From Lytechinus pictus (Eukaryota), in contig NC_087251.1 of assembly GCF_037042905.1 (NCBI RefSeq), positions 37,946,001 to 38,010,000 on the forward strand: a stretch of DNA of 64,000 bases, given 5' to 3'. Below are positions 39,601 through 54,600 of the stretch, one piece after another. A program made the position numbers and the translations under genes. Positions within the stretch are counted from its first letter, which is position 1. Each line of letters starts with the position of its first letter. The notes beneath the pieces are model-generated. The model did no database searches, had not been told where the DNA came from, and saw only the letters and a list, made by a program, of their open reading frames with translations.

Positions 39601-42600
39601 TTATCACAGCGAGAATCAAGAGGATCCAGGGAGTTTGAATTTTCGACCCCCTCGCCCCACCCGCGACATGGAAAATTGGTCAAAATTGGCTAAAATTGAG
39701 CAAAATATTATTTGTTCAATATTTCCCCCGAAACCCCTCCAAATCAACCGTCTTCGCTCCCTGGGATGTTTTAGCATCCTAACCGATTATTACAGCGAGA
39801 ATCAAGAGGATCCAGGGAGTTTGAATTTTTGACCCCCTCGCCCCAATCGCGACATGGAAAATTGGGCAAAATTGGCCAAAATTGAGCAAAATAATATTTG
39901 TTCAATAATTCCCCCGAAACCCCCCCAAATCAGCCGTCTTCGCTCCCTGGGATGTTTTAGCATCCTAACCGATTATTACAGCGAGAATCAAGAGGATCCA
40001 GGGAGTTTGAATTTTCTACCCCCTCGCCCCACCCGCGACATGGAAAATTGGGCAAAATTGGCCAAAATTGAGCAAAATAATATTTGTTCAATATTTCCCC
40101 CGAAACCCCCCCAAATCAGCCGTCTTCGCTCCCTGGAATGTTTTAGCATCCTAACTGATTATTACAGCGAGAATCATGAGGATCCAGGGAGTTTGAATTT
40201 TCGTCCCCCTCGCCCCACCCGCGACATAGAAAATTGGGCAAAATTTGCCAAAATTGAGCAAAATAATATTTGTTCAATAATTCCCCCGAAACCCCCCCAA
40301 ATCAGCCGTCTTCGCTCCCTTGGATGTTTTAGCATCCTAACCGATTATTACAGCGAGAATCAAGAGGATTCAGGGAGTTTGAATTTTCGACCCCCTCGCC
40401 CCACCCGCGACATGGAAAATTGGGCAAAATTGGCCAAAATTGAGCAAAATATTATTTGTTCAATATTTCCCCCGAAACCCCCCCAAATCAGCCGTCGTAG
40501 CTCCCTGGGATGTTTTAGCATCCTAACCGATTATTACAGCGAGAATCAAGAGGATCCAGGGAGTTTGAATTTTCGTCCCCCTCGCGATGGAAAATTGGGC
40601 AAAATTGGCCAAAATTGAGCAAAATATTATTTGTTCAATATTTCCCCCAAAACCCCCCCAAATCAGCCGTCGTAGCTCCCTGGGATGTTTTAGCATCCTA
40701 ACCGATTATTACAGCGAGAATCAAGAGGATCCAGGGAGTTTGAATTTTCGTCCCCCTCGCGATGGAAAATTGGGCAAAATTGGCCAAAATTGAGCAAAAT
40801 ATTATTTGTTCAATATTTCCCCCGAAACCCCCCCAAATCAGCCGTCGTAGCTCCCTGGGATGTTTTAGCATCCTAACCGATTATTACAGCGAGAATCAAG
40901 AGAATCAAGACGATCCAGGGAGTTTGAATTTTCGACCCCCTCGCCCCACCCGCGACATGGAAAATTGGGCAATATTGGCCAAAATTGAGCAAAATAATAT
41001 TTGTTCAATAATTCCCCCGAAACCCCCCGAAATCAGCCGTCTTCGCTCCCTGGGATGTTTTAGCATCCTAACCGATTACTACAGCGAGAATCATGAGGAT
41101 CCAGGGAGTTTGAATATTCGACCCCCTCGCCCCACCCGCGACATCGAAAATTGGGCAAAATTTGCCAAAATTGAGCAAAATATTATTTGTTCAATATTTC
41201 CCCCGAAACCCCCCCAAATCAGCCGTCGTCGCTCCCTGGGATGTTTTAGCATCCTAACCAATTATCACAGCGAGAATCAAGAGGATCCAGGGAGTTTGAA
41301 TTTTCGACCCCTCGCCCCACCCGCGACATGGAAAATTGGTCAAAATTGGCTAAAATTGAGCAAAATATTATTTGTTCAATATTTCCCCCGAAACCCCTCC
41401 AAATCAACCGTCTTCGCTCCCTGGGATGTTTTAGCATCCTAACCGATTATTACAGCGAGAATCAAGAGGATCCAGGGAGTTTGAATTTTTGACCCCCTCG
41501 CCCCAATCGCGACATGGAAAATTGGGCAAAATTGGCCAAAATTGAGCAAAATAATATTTGTTCAATAATTCCCCCGAAACCCCCCCAAATCAGCCGTCTT
41601 CGCTCCCTGGGATGTTTTAGCATCCTAACCGATTATTACAGCGAGAATCAAGAGGATCCAGGGAGTTTGAATTTTCTACCCCCTCGCCCCACCCGCGACA
41701 TGGAAAATTGGGCAAAATTGGCCAAAATTGAGCAAAATAATATTTGTTCAATATTTCCCCCGAAACCCCCCCAAATCAGCCGTCTTCGCTCCCTGGAATG
41801 TTTTAGCATCCTAACTGATTATTACAGCGAGAATCATGAGGATCCAGGGAGTTTGAATTTTCGTCCCCCTCGCCCCACCCGCGACATAGAAAATTGGGCA
41901 AAATTTGCCAAAATTGAGGAAAATAATATTTGTTCAATATTTCCCCCGAAACCCCCCACAATCAGCCGTCTTCACTCCCTGGGATGTTTTAGCATCCTAA
42001 CCGATTATTACAGTGAGAATCAAGAGGATCCAGTGAGTTTGAATTTTCGACCCCCTCGCCCCACCCGCGACATGGAAAATTGGGCAAAATTGGCCAAAAT
42101 TGAGCAAAATAATATTTGTTCAATATTTCCCCCGAAACCCCCCCAAATCAGCCGTCTTCGCTCCCTGGGATGTTTTAGCATCCTAACCGATTATTACAGT
42201 GAGAATCAAGAGGATCTAGTGAGTTTGAATTTTCGACCCCATTGCCCCACCCGTGACATGGAAAATTGGGCAAAATTGAGCAAAATAATATTTGTTCAAT
42301 ATTTCCCCCGAAACCCCCCCAAATCAGCCGTCTTCGCTCCCTGGGATGTTTTAGCATCCTAACCGATTACTACAGCGAGAATCATGAGGATCCAGGGAGT
42401 TTGAATATTCGACCCCCTCGCCCCACCCGCGACATGGAAAATTGGGCAAAATTTGCCAAAATTGAGCAAAATATTATTTGTTCAATATTTCCCCCGAAAC
42501 CCCCCCAAATCAGCCGTCGTCGCTCCCTGGGATGTTTTAGCATCCTAACCAATTATCACAGCGAGAATCAAGAGGATCCAGGGAGTTTGAATTTTCGACC

Positions 42601-45600
42601 CCTCGCCCCACCCGCGACATGGAAAATTGGTCAAAATTGGCTAAAATTGAGCAAAATATTATTTGTTCAATATTTCCCCCGAAACCCCTCCAAATCAACC
42701 GTCTTCGCTCCCTGGGATGTTTTAGCATCCTAACCGATTATTACAGCGAGAATCAAGAGGATCCAGGGAGTTTGAATTTTTGACCCCCTCGCCCCAATCG
42801 CGACATGGAAAATTGGGCAAAATTGGCCAAAATTGAGCAAAATAATATTTGTTCAATAATTCCCCCGAAACCCCCCCAAATCAGCCGTCTTCGCTCCCTG
42901 GGATGTTTTAGCATCCTAACCGATTATTACAGCGAGAATCAAGAGGATCCAGGGAGTTTGAATTTTCTACCCCCTCGCCCCACCCGCGACATGGAAAATT
43001 GGGCAAAATTGGCCAAAATTGAGCAAAATAATATTTGTTCAATATTTCCCCCGAAACCCCCCCAAATCAGCCGTCTTCGCTCCCTGGAATGTTTTAGCAT
43101 CCTAACTGATTATTACAGCGAGAATCATGAGGATCCAGGGAGTTTGAATTTTCGTCCCCCTCGCCCCACCCGCGACATAGAAAATTGGGCAAAATTTGCC
43201 AAAATTGAGGAAAATAATATTTGTTCAATATTTCCCCCGAAACCCCCCACAATCAGCCGTCTTCACTCCCTGGGATGTTTTAGCATCCTAACCGATTATT
43301 ACAGTGAGAATCAAGAGGATCCAGTGAGTTTGAATTTTCGACCCCCTCGCCCCACCCGCGACATGTAAAATTGGGCAAAATTGGCCAAAATTGAGCAAAA
43401 TAATATTTGTTCAATATTTCCCCCGAAACCCCCCCAAATCAGCCGTCTTCGCTCCCTGGGATGTTTTAGCATCCTAACCGATTATTACAGTGAGAATCAA
43501 GAGGATCTAGTGAGTTTGAATTTTCGACCCCATTGCCCCACCCGTGACATGGAAAATTGGGCAAAATTGAGCAAAATAATATTTGTTCAATATTTCCCCC
43601 GAAACCCCCCCAAATCAGCCGTCTTCGCTCCCTGGGATGTTTTAGCATCCTAACCGATTATTACAGTGAGAATCAAGAGGATCCAGTGAGTTTGAATTTT
43701 CGACCCCCTCGCCCCACCCGCGACATGGAAAATTGGGCAAAATTGGCCAAAATTGAGCAAAATATTATTTGTTCAATATTTCCCCCGAAACCCCCCCAAA
43801 TTAGCCGTCTTCGCTCCCTGGGATGTTTAAGCATCCTAACCGATTATTACAGCGAGAATCAAGAGAATCAAGAGGATCCAGGGAGTTTGAATTTTCGACC
43901 CCCTCGCCCCACCCGCGACATGGAAAATTGGGCAAAATTGGCCAAAATTGAGCAAAATAATTTGCTCAATATTTCCCCGAAACCCCCCAAAATCAGCCGT
44001 CTTCGCTCCCTGGGATGTTTTAGCATCCTAACCGATTACTACAGCGAGAATCATGAGGATCCAGGGAGTTTGAATTTTCGACCCCCTCGCCCCACCCGCG
44101 ACATTGAAAATTGGGCAAAATTGGCCAAAATTGAGCAAAATATTATTTCTTCAATATTTCCCCCGAAACCCCCCCAAATCAGCCGTCGTCGCTCCCTGGG
44201 ATGTTTTAGCATCCTAACCGATTATCACAGCGAGAATCAAGAGGATCCAGGGAGTTTGAATTTTTGACCCCCTCGCCCCACCCGCGACATGGAAAATTGG
44301 GCAAAATTGAGCAAAATATTATTTGTTCAATATTTCCCCCGAAACCCCCCCAAATCAGCCGTCGTCGCTCCCTGGGATGTTTTAGCATCCTAACCGATTA
44401 CTACAGCGAGAATCATGAGGATCCAGGGAGTTTGAATTTTTGACCCCCTCGCCCCACCCGCGACATGGAAAATTGGGCAAAATTGAGCAAAATATTATTT
44501 GTTCAATATTTCCCCCGAAACCCCCCCCCCAAATCAGCCGTCGTCGCTCCCTGGGATGTTTTAGCATCCTAACCGATTATTACAGCGAGAATCAAGAGGA
44601 TCCAGGGAGTTTGAATTTTCGTCCCCCTCGCGATGGAAAATTGGGCAAAATTGGCCAAAATTGAGCAAAATATTATTTGTTCAATATTTCCCCCGAAACC
44701 CCCCCAAATCAGCAGTCGTAGCTCCCTGGGATGTTTTAGCATCCTAACCGATTATTACAGCGAGAATCAAGAGGATCCAGGGAGTTTGAATTTTCGTCCC
44801 CCTCGCGATGGAAAATTGGGCAAAATTGGCAAAAATTGAGCAAAATATTATTTGTTCAATATTTCCCCCGAAACCCCCCCAAATCAGCCGTCGTAGCTCC
44901 CTGGGATGTTTTAGCATCCTAACCGATTATTACAGCGAGAATCAAGAGAATCAAGACGATCCAGGGAGTTTGAATTTTCGACCCCCTCGCCCCACCCGCG
45001 ACATGGAAAATTGGGCAAAATTGGCCAAAATTGAGCAAAATAATATTTGTTCAATATTTCCCCCGAAACCCCCCCAAATCAGCCGTCTTCGCTCCCTGGG
45101 ATGTTTTAGCATCCTAACCGATTATTACAGCGAAAATCAAGAGGATCCAGGGAGTTTGAATTTTCGACCCCCTCGCCCCACCCGCGACATGGAAAATTGG
45201 GCAAAATTGAGCAAAATAATATTTGTTCAATATTTCCCCCGAAACCCCCCCAAATCAGCCGTCTTCGCTCCCTGGGATGTTTTAACATCCTAACCGATTA
45301 TTACAGCGAGAATCAAATGGATCCAGAGAGTTTGAATTTTCGACCCCCTCGCCCCACCCGCGACATGGAAAATTGGGCAAAATTGGCCAAAATTGAGCAA
45401 AATAATATTTGTTCAATATTTCCCACGAAACCCCCCCAAATCAGCCGTCTTCGCTCCCTGGGATGTTTTATTATCCTAACCGATTATTACAGCGAGAATC
45501 AAGAGAATCAAGAGGATCCAGGAAGTTTGAAATTTCGACCCCCTCGCCCCTACCGCGACATGAAAAATTGGGCAAAATTTGCCAAAATTGAGCAAAATAA

Positions 45601-48600
45601 TATTTGTTCAATATTTCCCCCGAAACCCCCCCAAATCAGCCGTCTTCGCTCCCTGGGATGTTTTAACATCCTAACCGATTATTACAGCGAGAATCAAGTG
45701 GATCCAGGGAGTTTGAATTTTCGACCCCCTCGCCCCACCCGCGACATGGAAAATTGGGCAAAATTGGCCAAAATTGAGCAAAATAATATTTGTTCAATAA
45801 TTCCCCCGAAACCCCCCCAAATCAGCCGTCTTCGCTCCCTGGGATGTTTTAGCATCCTAACCGATTACTACAGCGAGAATCATGAGGATCCAGGGAGTTT
45901 GAATTTTCGACCCCCTCGCCCCACCCGCGACATGGAAAATTGGGCAAAATTGAGCAAAATATTATTTGTTCAATATTTCCCCCGAAACCCCCCCAAATCA
46001 GCCGTCGTCGCTCCCTGGGATGTTTTAGCATCCTAACCGATTACTACAGCGAGAATCATGAGGATCCAGGGAGTTTGAATTTTCGATCCCCTCGCCCCAC
46101 CCGCGACATGGAAAATTGGGCAAAATTGGCCAAAATTGAGCAAAATATTATTTGTTCAATATTTCCCCCGAAACCCCCCCAAATCATCCGTCTTCGCTCC
46201 CTGGGATGTTTTAGCATCCTAACCGATTATTATAGCGAGAATCAAGAGAATCAAGAGGATCCAGGGAGTTTGAATTTTCGACCCCCTCGCCCCACCCGCG
46301 ACATGGAAAATTGGGCAAAATTTGCCAAAATAATATTTGTTCAATATTTCCCCCGAAACCCCCCCAAATCAGCCGTCTTCGCTCCCTGGGATGTTTTAGC
46401 ATCCTAACCTATTACTACAGCGAGAATCATGAGGATCCAGGGAGTTTGAATTTTCGACCCCCTCGCCCCACCCGCGACATGGAAAATTGGGCAAAATTGG
46501 CCAAAATTGAGCAAAATATTATTTCTTCAATATTTCCCCCGAAACCCCCCAAAATCAGCCGTCGTAGCTCCCTGGGATGTTTTAGCATCCTAACCGATTA
46601 TTACAGCGAGAATCAAGAGGATCCAGGGAGTTTGAATTTTCGTCCCCCTCGCGATGGAAAATTGGGCAAAATTGGCCAAAATTGAGCAAAATATTATTTG
46701 TTCAATATTTCCCCCGAAACCCCCCCAAATCAGCCGTCTTCGCTCCCTGGGATGTTTTAGCATCCTAACCGATTATTACAGCGAGAATCAAGAGAATCAA
46801 GACGATCCAAGGAGTTTGAATTTTCGACCCCCTCGCCCCACCCGCGACATGGAAAATATGGCAATATTGGGCAAAATTGAGCAAAATATTATTTGTTCAA
46901 TATTTCCCCCGAAACCCCCCCAAATCAGCCGTCTTAGCTCCCTGGGATGTTTTAGCATCCTAACCGATTATTACAGCGAGAATCAAGAGGATCCAGGGAG
47001 TTTGAATTTTCGTCCCCCTCGCGATGGAAAATTGGGCAAAATTGGCCAAAATTGAGCAAAATATTATTTGTTCAATATTTCCCCCGAAACCCCCCCAAAT
47101 CAGCCGTCTTCGCTCCCTGGGATGTTTTAGCATCCTAACCGATTATTACAGCGAGAATCAAGAGAATCAAGACGATCCAAGGAGTTTGAATTTTCGACCC
47201 CCTCGCCCCACCCGCGACATGGAAAATTGGGCAAAATTGGCCAAAATTGAGCAAAATAATATTTGTTCAATATTTCCCCCCAAACCCCCCCCAAATCAGC
47301 CGTCTTCACTCCCTGGGATGTTTTAGCATCCTAACCGATTATTACAGCGAGAATCAAGAGGATCCAGGGAGTTTGAATTTTCGACCCCCTCGCCCCACCC
47401 GCGACATGGAAAATTGGGCAAAATTGGCCAAAATTGAGCAAAATATTATTTGTTCAATATTTCCCCCGAAACCCCCCCAAATCAGCCGTCGTAGCTCCCT
47501 GGGATGTTTTAGCATCCTAACCGATTATTACAGCGAGAATCAAGAGGATCCAGGGAGTTTGAATTTTCGTCCCCCTCGCGATGGAAAATTGGGCAAAATT
47601 GGCCAAAATTGAGCAAAATATTATTTGTTCAATATTTCCCCCGAAACCCCCCCAAATCAGCCGTCGTAGCTCCCTGGGATGTTTTAGCATCCTAACCGAT
47701 TATTACAGCGAGAATCAAGAGAATCAAGACGACCCAGGGAGTTTGAATTTTTGACCCCCTCGCCCCACCCGCGACATGGAAAATTGGGCAAAATTGGCCA
47801 AAATTGAGGAAAATAATATTTGTTCAATATTTCCCCCGAACCCCCCCCCCCAAATCAGCCGTCTTCGCTCCCTGGGATGTTTTAGCATCCTAACCGATTA
47901 TTACAGCGAGAATCAAGAGGATCCAGGGAGTTTGAATTTTCTACCCCCTCGCCCCACCCGCGACATGGAAAATTGGGCAAAATTGGCCAAAATTGAGCAA
48001 AATATTATTTGTTCAATATTTCCCCCGAAACCCCCCCAAATCAGCCGTCGTAGCTCCCTGGGATGTTTTAGCATCCTAACCGATTATTACAGCGAGAATC
48101 AAGAGGATCCAGGGAGTTTGAATTTTTGTCCCCCTCGCGATGGAAAATTGGGCAAAATAATATTTGTTCAATATTTCCCCCGAAACCCCCCCAAATCAGC
48201 CGTCTTCGCTCCCTAGGATGTTTTAGCATCCTAACCGATTATTACAGCGAGAATCAAGACGATCCAGGGAGTTTGAATTTTCGACCCCCTCGCCCCACCC
48301 GCGACATGGAAAATTGGGCAAAATTGGCCAAAATTGAGCAAAATAATATTTGTTCAATATTTCCCCCGAAACCCCCCCAAATCAGCCGTCTTCGCTCCCT
48401 GGGATGTTTTAGCATCCTAACCGATTATTACAGCGAGAATCAAGAGGATCCAGGGAGTTTGAATTTTCGACCCCCTCGCCCCACCCGCGACATGGAAAAT
48501 TGGGCAAAATTGAGCAAAATAATATTTGTTCAATATTTCCCCCGAAACCCCCCCAAATCAGCCGTCTTCGCTCCCTGGGATGTTTTAGCATCCTAACCGA

Positions 48601-51600
48601 TTATTACAGCGAGAATCAAGAGAATCAAGACGATCCAGGGAGTTTGAATTTTCGACCCCCTCGCCCCACCCGCGACATGGAAAATTGGGCAAAATTGGCC
48701 AAAATTGAGCAAAATAATATTTGTTCAATATTTCCCCCGAAACCCCCCCAAATCAGCCGTCTTCGCTCCCTGGGATGTTTTAACATCCTAACCGATTATT
48801 ACAGCGAGAATCAAATGGATCCAGAGAGTTTGAATTTTCGACCCCCTCGCCCCACTCGCGACATGGAAAATTGGGCAAAATTGGCCAAAATTGAGCAAAA
48901 TAATATTTGTTCAATATTTCCCACGAAACCCCCCCAAATCAGCCGTCTTCGCTCCCTGGGATGTTTTATTATCTTAACCGATTATTACAGCGAGAATCAA
49001 GAGAATCAAGAGGATCCAGGAAGTTTGAAATTTCGACCCCCTCGCCCCTACCGCGACATGGAAAATTGGGCAAAATTTGCCAAAATTGAGCAAAATAATA
49101 TTTGTTCAATATTTCCCCCGAAACCCCCCCAAATCAGCCGTCTTCGCTCCCTGGGATGTTTTAACATCCTAACCGATTATTACAGCGAGAATCAAATGGA
49201 TCCAGGGAGTTTGAATTTTCGACCCCCTCGCCCCACCCGCGACATGGAAAATTGGGCAAAATTGGCCAAAATTGAGCAAAATAATATTTGTTCAATAATT
49301 CCCCCGAAACCCCCCCAAATCAGCCGTCTTCGCTCCCTGGGATGTTTTAGCATCCTAACCGATTACTACAGCGAGAATCATGAGGATCCAGGGAGTTTGA
49401 ATTTTCGACCCCCTCGCCCCACCCGCGACATGGAAAATTGGGCAAAATTGAGCAAAATATTATTTGTTCAATATTTCCCCCGAAACCCCCCCAAATCAGC
49501 CGTCGTCGCTCCCTGGGATGTTTTAGCATCCTAACCGATTACTACAGCGAGAATCATGATGATCCAGGGAGTTTGAATTTTCGATCCCCTCACCCCACCC
49601 GCGACATGGAAAATTGGGCAAAATTGGCCAAAATTGAGCAAAATATTATTTGTTCAATATTTCCCCCGAAACCCCCCCAAATCATCCGTCTTCGCTCCCT
49701 GGGATGTTTTAGCATCCTAACCGATTATTATAGCGAGAATCAAGAGAATCAAGAGGATCCAGGGAGTTTGAATTTTCGACCCCCTCGCCCCACCCGCGAC
49801 GTGGAAAATTGGGCAAAATTTGCCAAAATTGAGCAAAATAATATTTGTTCAATATTTCCCCCGAAACCCCCCCAAATCAGCCGTCTTCGCTCCCTGGGAT
49901 GTTTTAGCATCCTAACCGATTACTACAGCGAGAATCATGAGGATCCAGGGAGTTTGAATTTTCGACCCCCTCGCCCCACCCGCGACATGGAAAATTGGGC
50001 AAAATTGGCATAAATTGAGCAAAATATTATTTCTTCAATATTTCCCCCGAAACCCCCCAAAATCAGCCGTCGTAGCTCCCTGGGATGTTTTAGCATCCTA
50101 ACCGATTATTACAGCGAGAATCAAGAGAATCAAGAAGATCCAGGGAGTTTGAATTTTCGACCCCCTCGCCCCACCCGCGACATGGAAAATTGGGCAAAAT
50201 TGGCCAAAATTGAGCAAAATAATATTTGTTCAATATTTCCCCCGAAACCCCCCCAAATCAGCCGTCTTCGCTCCCTGGGATGTTTTAGCATCCTAACCGA
50301 TTATTACAGCGAGAATCAAGAGGATCCAGGGAGTTTGAATTTTCGACCCCCTCGCCCCACCCGCGACATGGAAAATTGGGCAAAATTGGGCAAAATTGAG
50401 CAAAATAATATTTGTTCAATATTTCCCCCGAAACCCCCCCAAATCAGCCGTCTTCGCTCCCTGGGATGTTTTAACATCCTAACCGATTATTACAGCGAGA
50501 ATCGAATGGATCCAGAGAGTTTGAATTTTCGACCCCCTCGCCCCACCCGCGACATGGAAAATTGGGCAAAATTGGCCAAAATTGAGCAAAATAATATTTG
50601 TTCAATATTTCCCACGAAACCCCCCCAAATCAGCCGTCTTCGCTCCCTGGGATGTTTTATTATCCTAACCGATTATTACAGCGAGAATCAAGAGAATCAA
50701 GAGGATCCAGGAAGTTTGAAATTTCGACCCCCTCGCCCCTACCGCGACATGGAAAATTGGGCAAAATTTGCCAAAATTGAGCAAAATAATATTTGTTCAA
50801 TATTTCCCCCGAAACCCCCCCAAATCAGCCGTCTTCGCTCCCTGGGATGTTTTAACATCCTAACCGATTATTACAGCGAGAATCAAATGGATCCAGGGAG
50901 TTTGAATTTTCGACCCCCTCGCCCCACCCGCGACATGGAAAATTGGGCAAAATTGGCCAAAATTGAGCAAAATAATATTTGTTCAATAATTCCCCCGAAA
51001 CCCCCCCAAATCAGCCGTCTTCGCTCCCTGGGATGTTTTAGCATCCTAACCGATTACTACAGCGAGAATCATGAGGATCCAGGGAGTTTGAATTTTCGAC
51101 CCCCTCGCCCCACCCGCGACATGGAAAATTGGGCAAAATTGAGCAAAATATTATTTGTTCAATATTTCCCCCGAAACCCCCCCAAATCAGCCGTCGTCGC
51201 TCCCTGGGATGTTTTAGCATCCTAACCGATTACTACAGCGAGAATCATGAGGATCCAGGGAGTTTGAATTTTCGATCCCCTCGCCCCACCCGCGACATGG
51301 AAAATTGGGCAAAATTGGCCAAAATTGAGCAAAATATTATTTGTTCAATATTTCCCCCGAAACCCCCCCAAATCAGCCGTCTTCGCTCCCTGGGATGTTT
51401 TAGCATCCTAACCGATTATTATAGCGAGAATCAAGAGAATCAAGAGGATCCAGGGAGTTTGAATTTTCGACCCCCTCGCCCCACCCGCGACATGGAAAAT
51501 TGGGCAAAATTTGCCAAAATTGAGCAAAATAATATTTGTTCAATATTTCCCCCGAAACCCCCCCAAATCAGCCGTCTTCGCTCCCTGGGATGTTTTAGCA

Positions 51601-54600
51601 TCCTAACCGATTACTACAGCGAGAATCATGAGGATCCAGGGAGTTTGAATTTTCGACCCCCTCGCCCCACCCGCGACATGGAAAATTGGGCAAAATTGGC
51701 CAAAATTGAGCAAAATATTATTTCTTCAATATTTCCCCCGAAACCCCCCAAAATCAGCCGTCGTAGCTCCCTGGGATGTTTTAGCATCCTAACCGATTAT
51801 TACAGCGAGAATCAAGAGAATCAAGAAGATCCAGGGAGTTTGAATTTTCGACCCCCTCGCCCCACCCGCGACATGGAAAATTGGGCAAAATTGGCCAAAA
51901 TTGAGCAAAATAATATTTGTTCAATATTTCCCCCGAAACCCCCCCAAATCAGCCGTCTTCGCTCCCTGGGATGTTTTAGCATCCTAACCGATTATTACAG
52001 CGAGAATCAAGAGGATCCAGGGAGTTTGAATTTTCAACCCCCTCGCCCCACCATGGAAAATTGGGCAAAATTGGCAAAAATTGAGCAAAATAATATTTGT
52101 TCAATATTTCCCCGGAAACCCCCCCAAATCAGCCGTCTTCGCTCCCTGGGATGTTTTAACATCCTAACCGATTATTACAGCGAGAATCAAATGGATCCAG
52201 GGAGTTTGAATTTTCGACCCCCTCGCCCCACCCGCGACATGGAAAATTGGGCAAAATTGAGCAAAATAATATTTGTTCAATATTTCCCCCGAAACCCCCC
52301 CAAATCAGCCGTCTTCGCTCCCTGGGATGTTTTATCATCCTAACCGATTATTACAGCGAGAATCAAGAGAATCAAGAGGATCCAGGAAGTTTGAATTTTC
52401 GACCCCCTCGCCCCACCCGCGACATGGAAAATTGGGCAAAATTTGCCAAAATTGAGCAAAATAATATTTGTTCAATATTTCCCCCGAAACCCCCCCAAAT
52501 CAGCCGTCTTCGCTCCCTGGGATGTTTTAACATCCTAACCGATTATTACAGCGAGAATCAAATGGATCCAGGGAGTTTGAATTTTCGACCCCCTCGCCCC
52601 ACCCGCGACATGGAAAATTGGGCAAAATTGGCCAAAATTGAGCAAAATAATATTTGTTCAATAATTCCCTCGAAACCCCCCCAAATCAGCCGTCTTCGCT
52701 CCCTGGGATGTTTTAGCATCCTAACCGATTACTACAGCGAGAATCATGAGGATCCAGGGAGTTTGAATTTTCGACCCCCTCGCCCCACCCGCGACATGGA
52801 AAATTGGGCAAAATTGAGCAAAATATGATTTGTTCAATATTTCCCCCGAAACCCCCCCAAATCAGCCGTCGTCGCTCCCTGGGATGTTTTAGCATCCTAA
52901 CCGATTACTACAGCGAGAATCATGAGGATCCAGGGAGTTTGAATTTTCGACCCCCTCGCCCCACCCGCGACATGGAAAATTGGGCAAAATTGGCCAAAAT
53001 TGAGCAAAATATTATTTGTTCAATATTTCCCCCGAAACCCCCCCAAATCAGCCGTCTTCGCTCCCTGGGATGTTTTAGCATCCTAACCGATTATTACAGC
53101 GAGAATCAAGAGAATCAAGACGATCCAAGGAGTTTGAATTTTCGACCCCCTCGCCCCACCCGCGACATGGAAAATTGGGCAAAATTGGCCAAAATTGAGC
53201 AAAATAATATTTGTTCAATATTTCCCCCCAAACCCCCCCAAATCAGCCGTCTTCACTCCCTGGGATGTTTTAGCATCCTAACCGATTATTACAGCGAGAA
53301 TCAAGAGGATCCAGGGAGTTTGAATTTTCGACCCCCTCGCCCCACCCGCGACATGGAAAATTGGGCAAAATTGGCCAAAATTGAGCAAAACATTATTTGT
53401 TCAATATTTCCCCCGAAACCCCCCCAAATCAGCCGTCGTAGCTCCCTGGGATGTTTTAGCATCCTAACCGATTATTACAGCGAGAATCAAGAGGATCCAG
53501 GGAGTTTGAATTTTCGTCCCCCTCGCGATGGAAAATTGGGCAAAATTGGCCAAAATTGAGCAAAATATTATTTGTTCAATATTTCCCCCGAATCCCCCCC
53601 AAATCAGCCGTCTTTGCTCCCTGGGATGTTTTAGCATCCTAACCGATTATTACAGCGAGAATCAAGAGAATCAAGACGATCCAAGGAGTTTGAATTTTCG
53701 ACCCCCTCGCCCCACCCGCGACATGGAAAATTGGGCAAAATTGAGCAAAATATTATTTGTTCAATATTTCCCCCGAAACCCCCCCAAATCAGCCGTCGTC
53801 GCTCCCTGGGATGTTTTAGCATCCTAACCGATTACTACAGCGAGAATCATGAGGATCCAGGGAGTTTGAATTTTCGACCCCCTCGCCCCACCCGCGACAT
53901 GGAAAATTGGGCAAAATTGGCCAAAATTGAGCAAAATATTATTTGTTCAATATTTCCCCCGAAACCCCCCCAAATCAGCCGTCTTCGCTCCCTGGGATGT
54001 TTTAGCATCCTAACCGATTATTACAGCGAGAATCAAGAGAATCAAGACGATCCAAGGAGTTTGAATTTTCGACCCCCTCGCCCCACCCGCGACATGGAAA
54101 ATTGGGCAAAATTGGCCAAAATTGAGCAAAATAATATTTGTTCAATATTTCCCCCCAAACCCCCCCAAATCAGCCGTCTTCACTCCCTGGGATGTTTTAG
54201 CATCCTAACCGATTATTACAGCGAGAATCAAGAGGATCCAGGGAGTTTGAATTTTCGACCCCCTCGCCCCACCCGCGACATGGAAAATTGGGCAAAATTG
54301 GCCAAAATTGAGCAAAACATTATTTGTTCAATATTTCCCCCGAAACCCCCCCAAATCAGCCGTCGTAGCTCCCTGGGATGTTTTAGCATCCTAACCTATT
54401 ATTACAGCGAGAATCAAGAGGATCCAGGGAGTTTGAATTTTCGTCCCCCTCGCGATGGAAAATTGGGCAAAATTGGCCAAAATTGAGCAAAATATTATTT
54501 GTTCAATATTTCCCCCGAAACCCCCCCAAATCAGCCGTCTTCGCTCCCTGGGATGTTTGAGCATCCTAACCGATTATTACAGCGAGAATCAAGAGAATCA

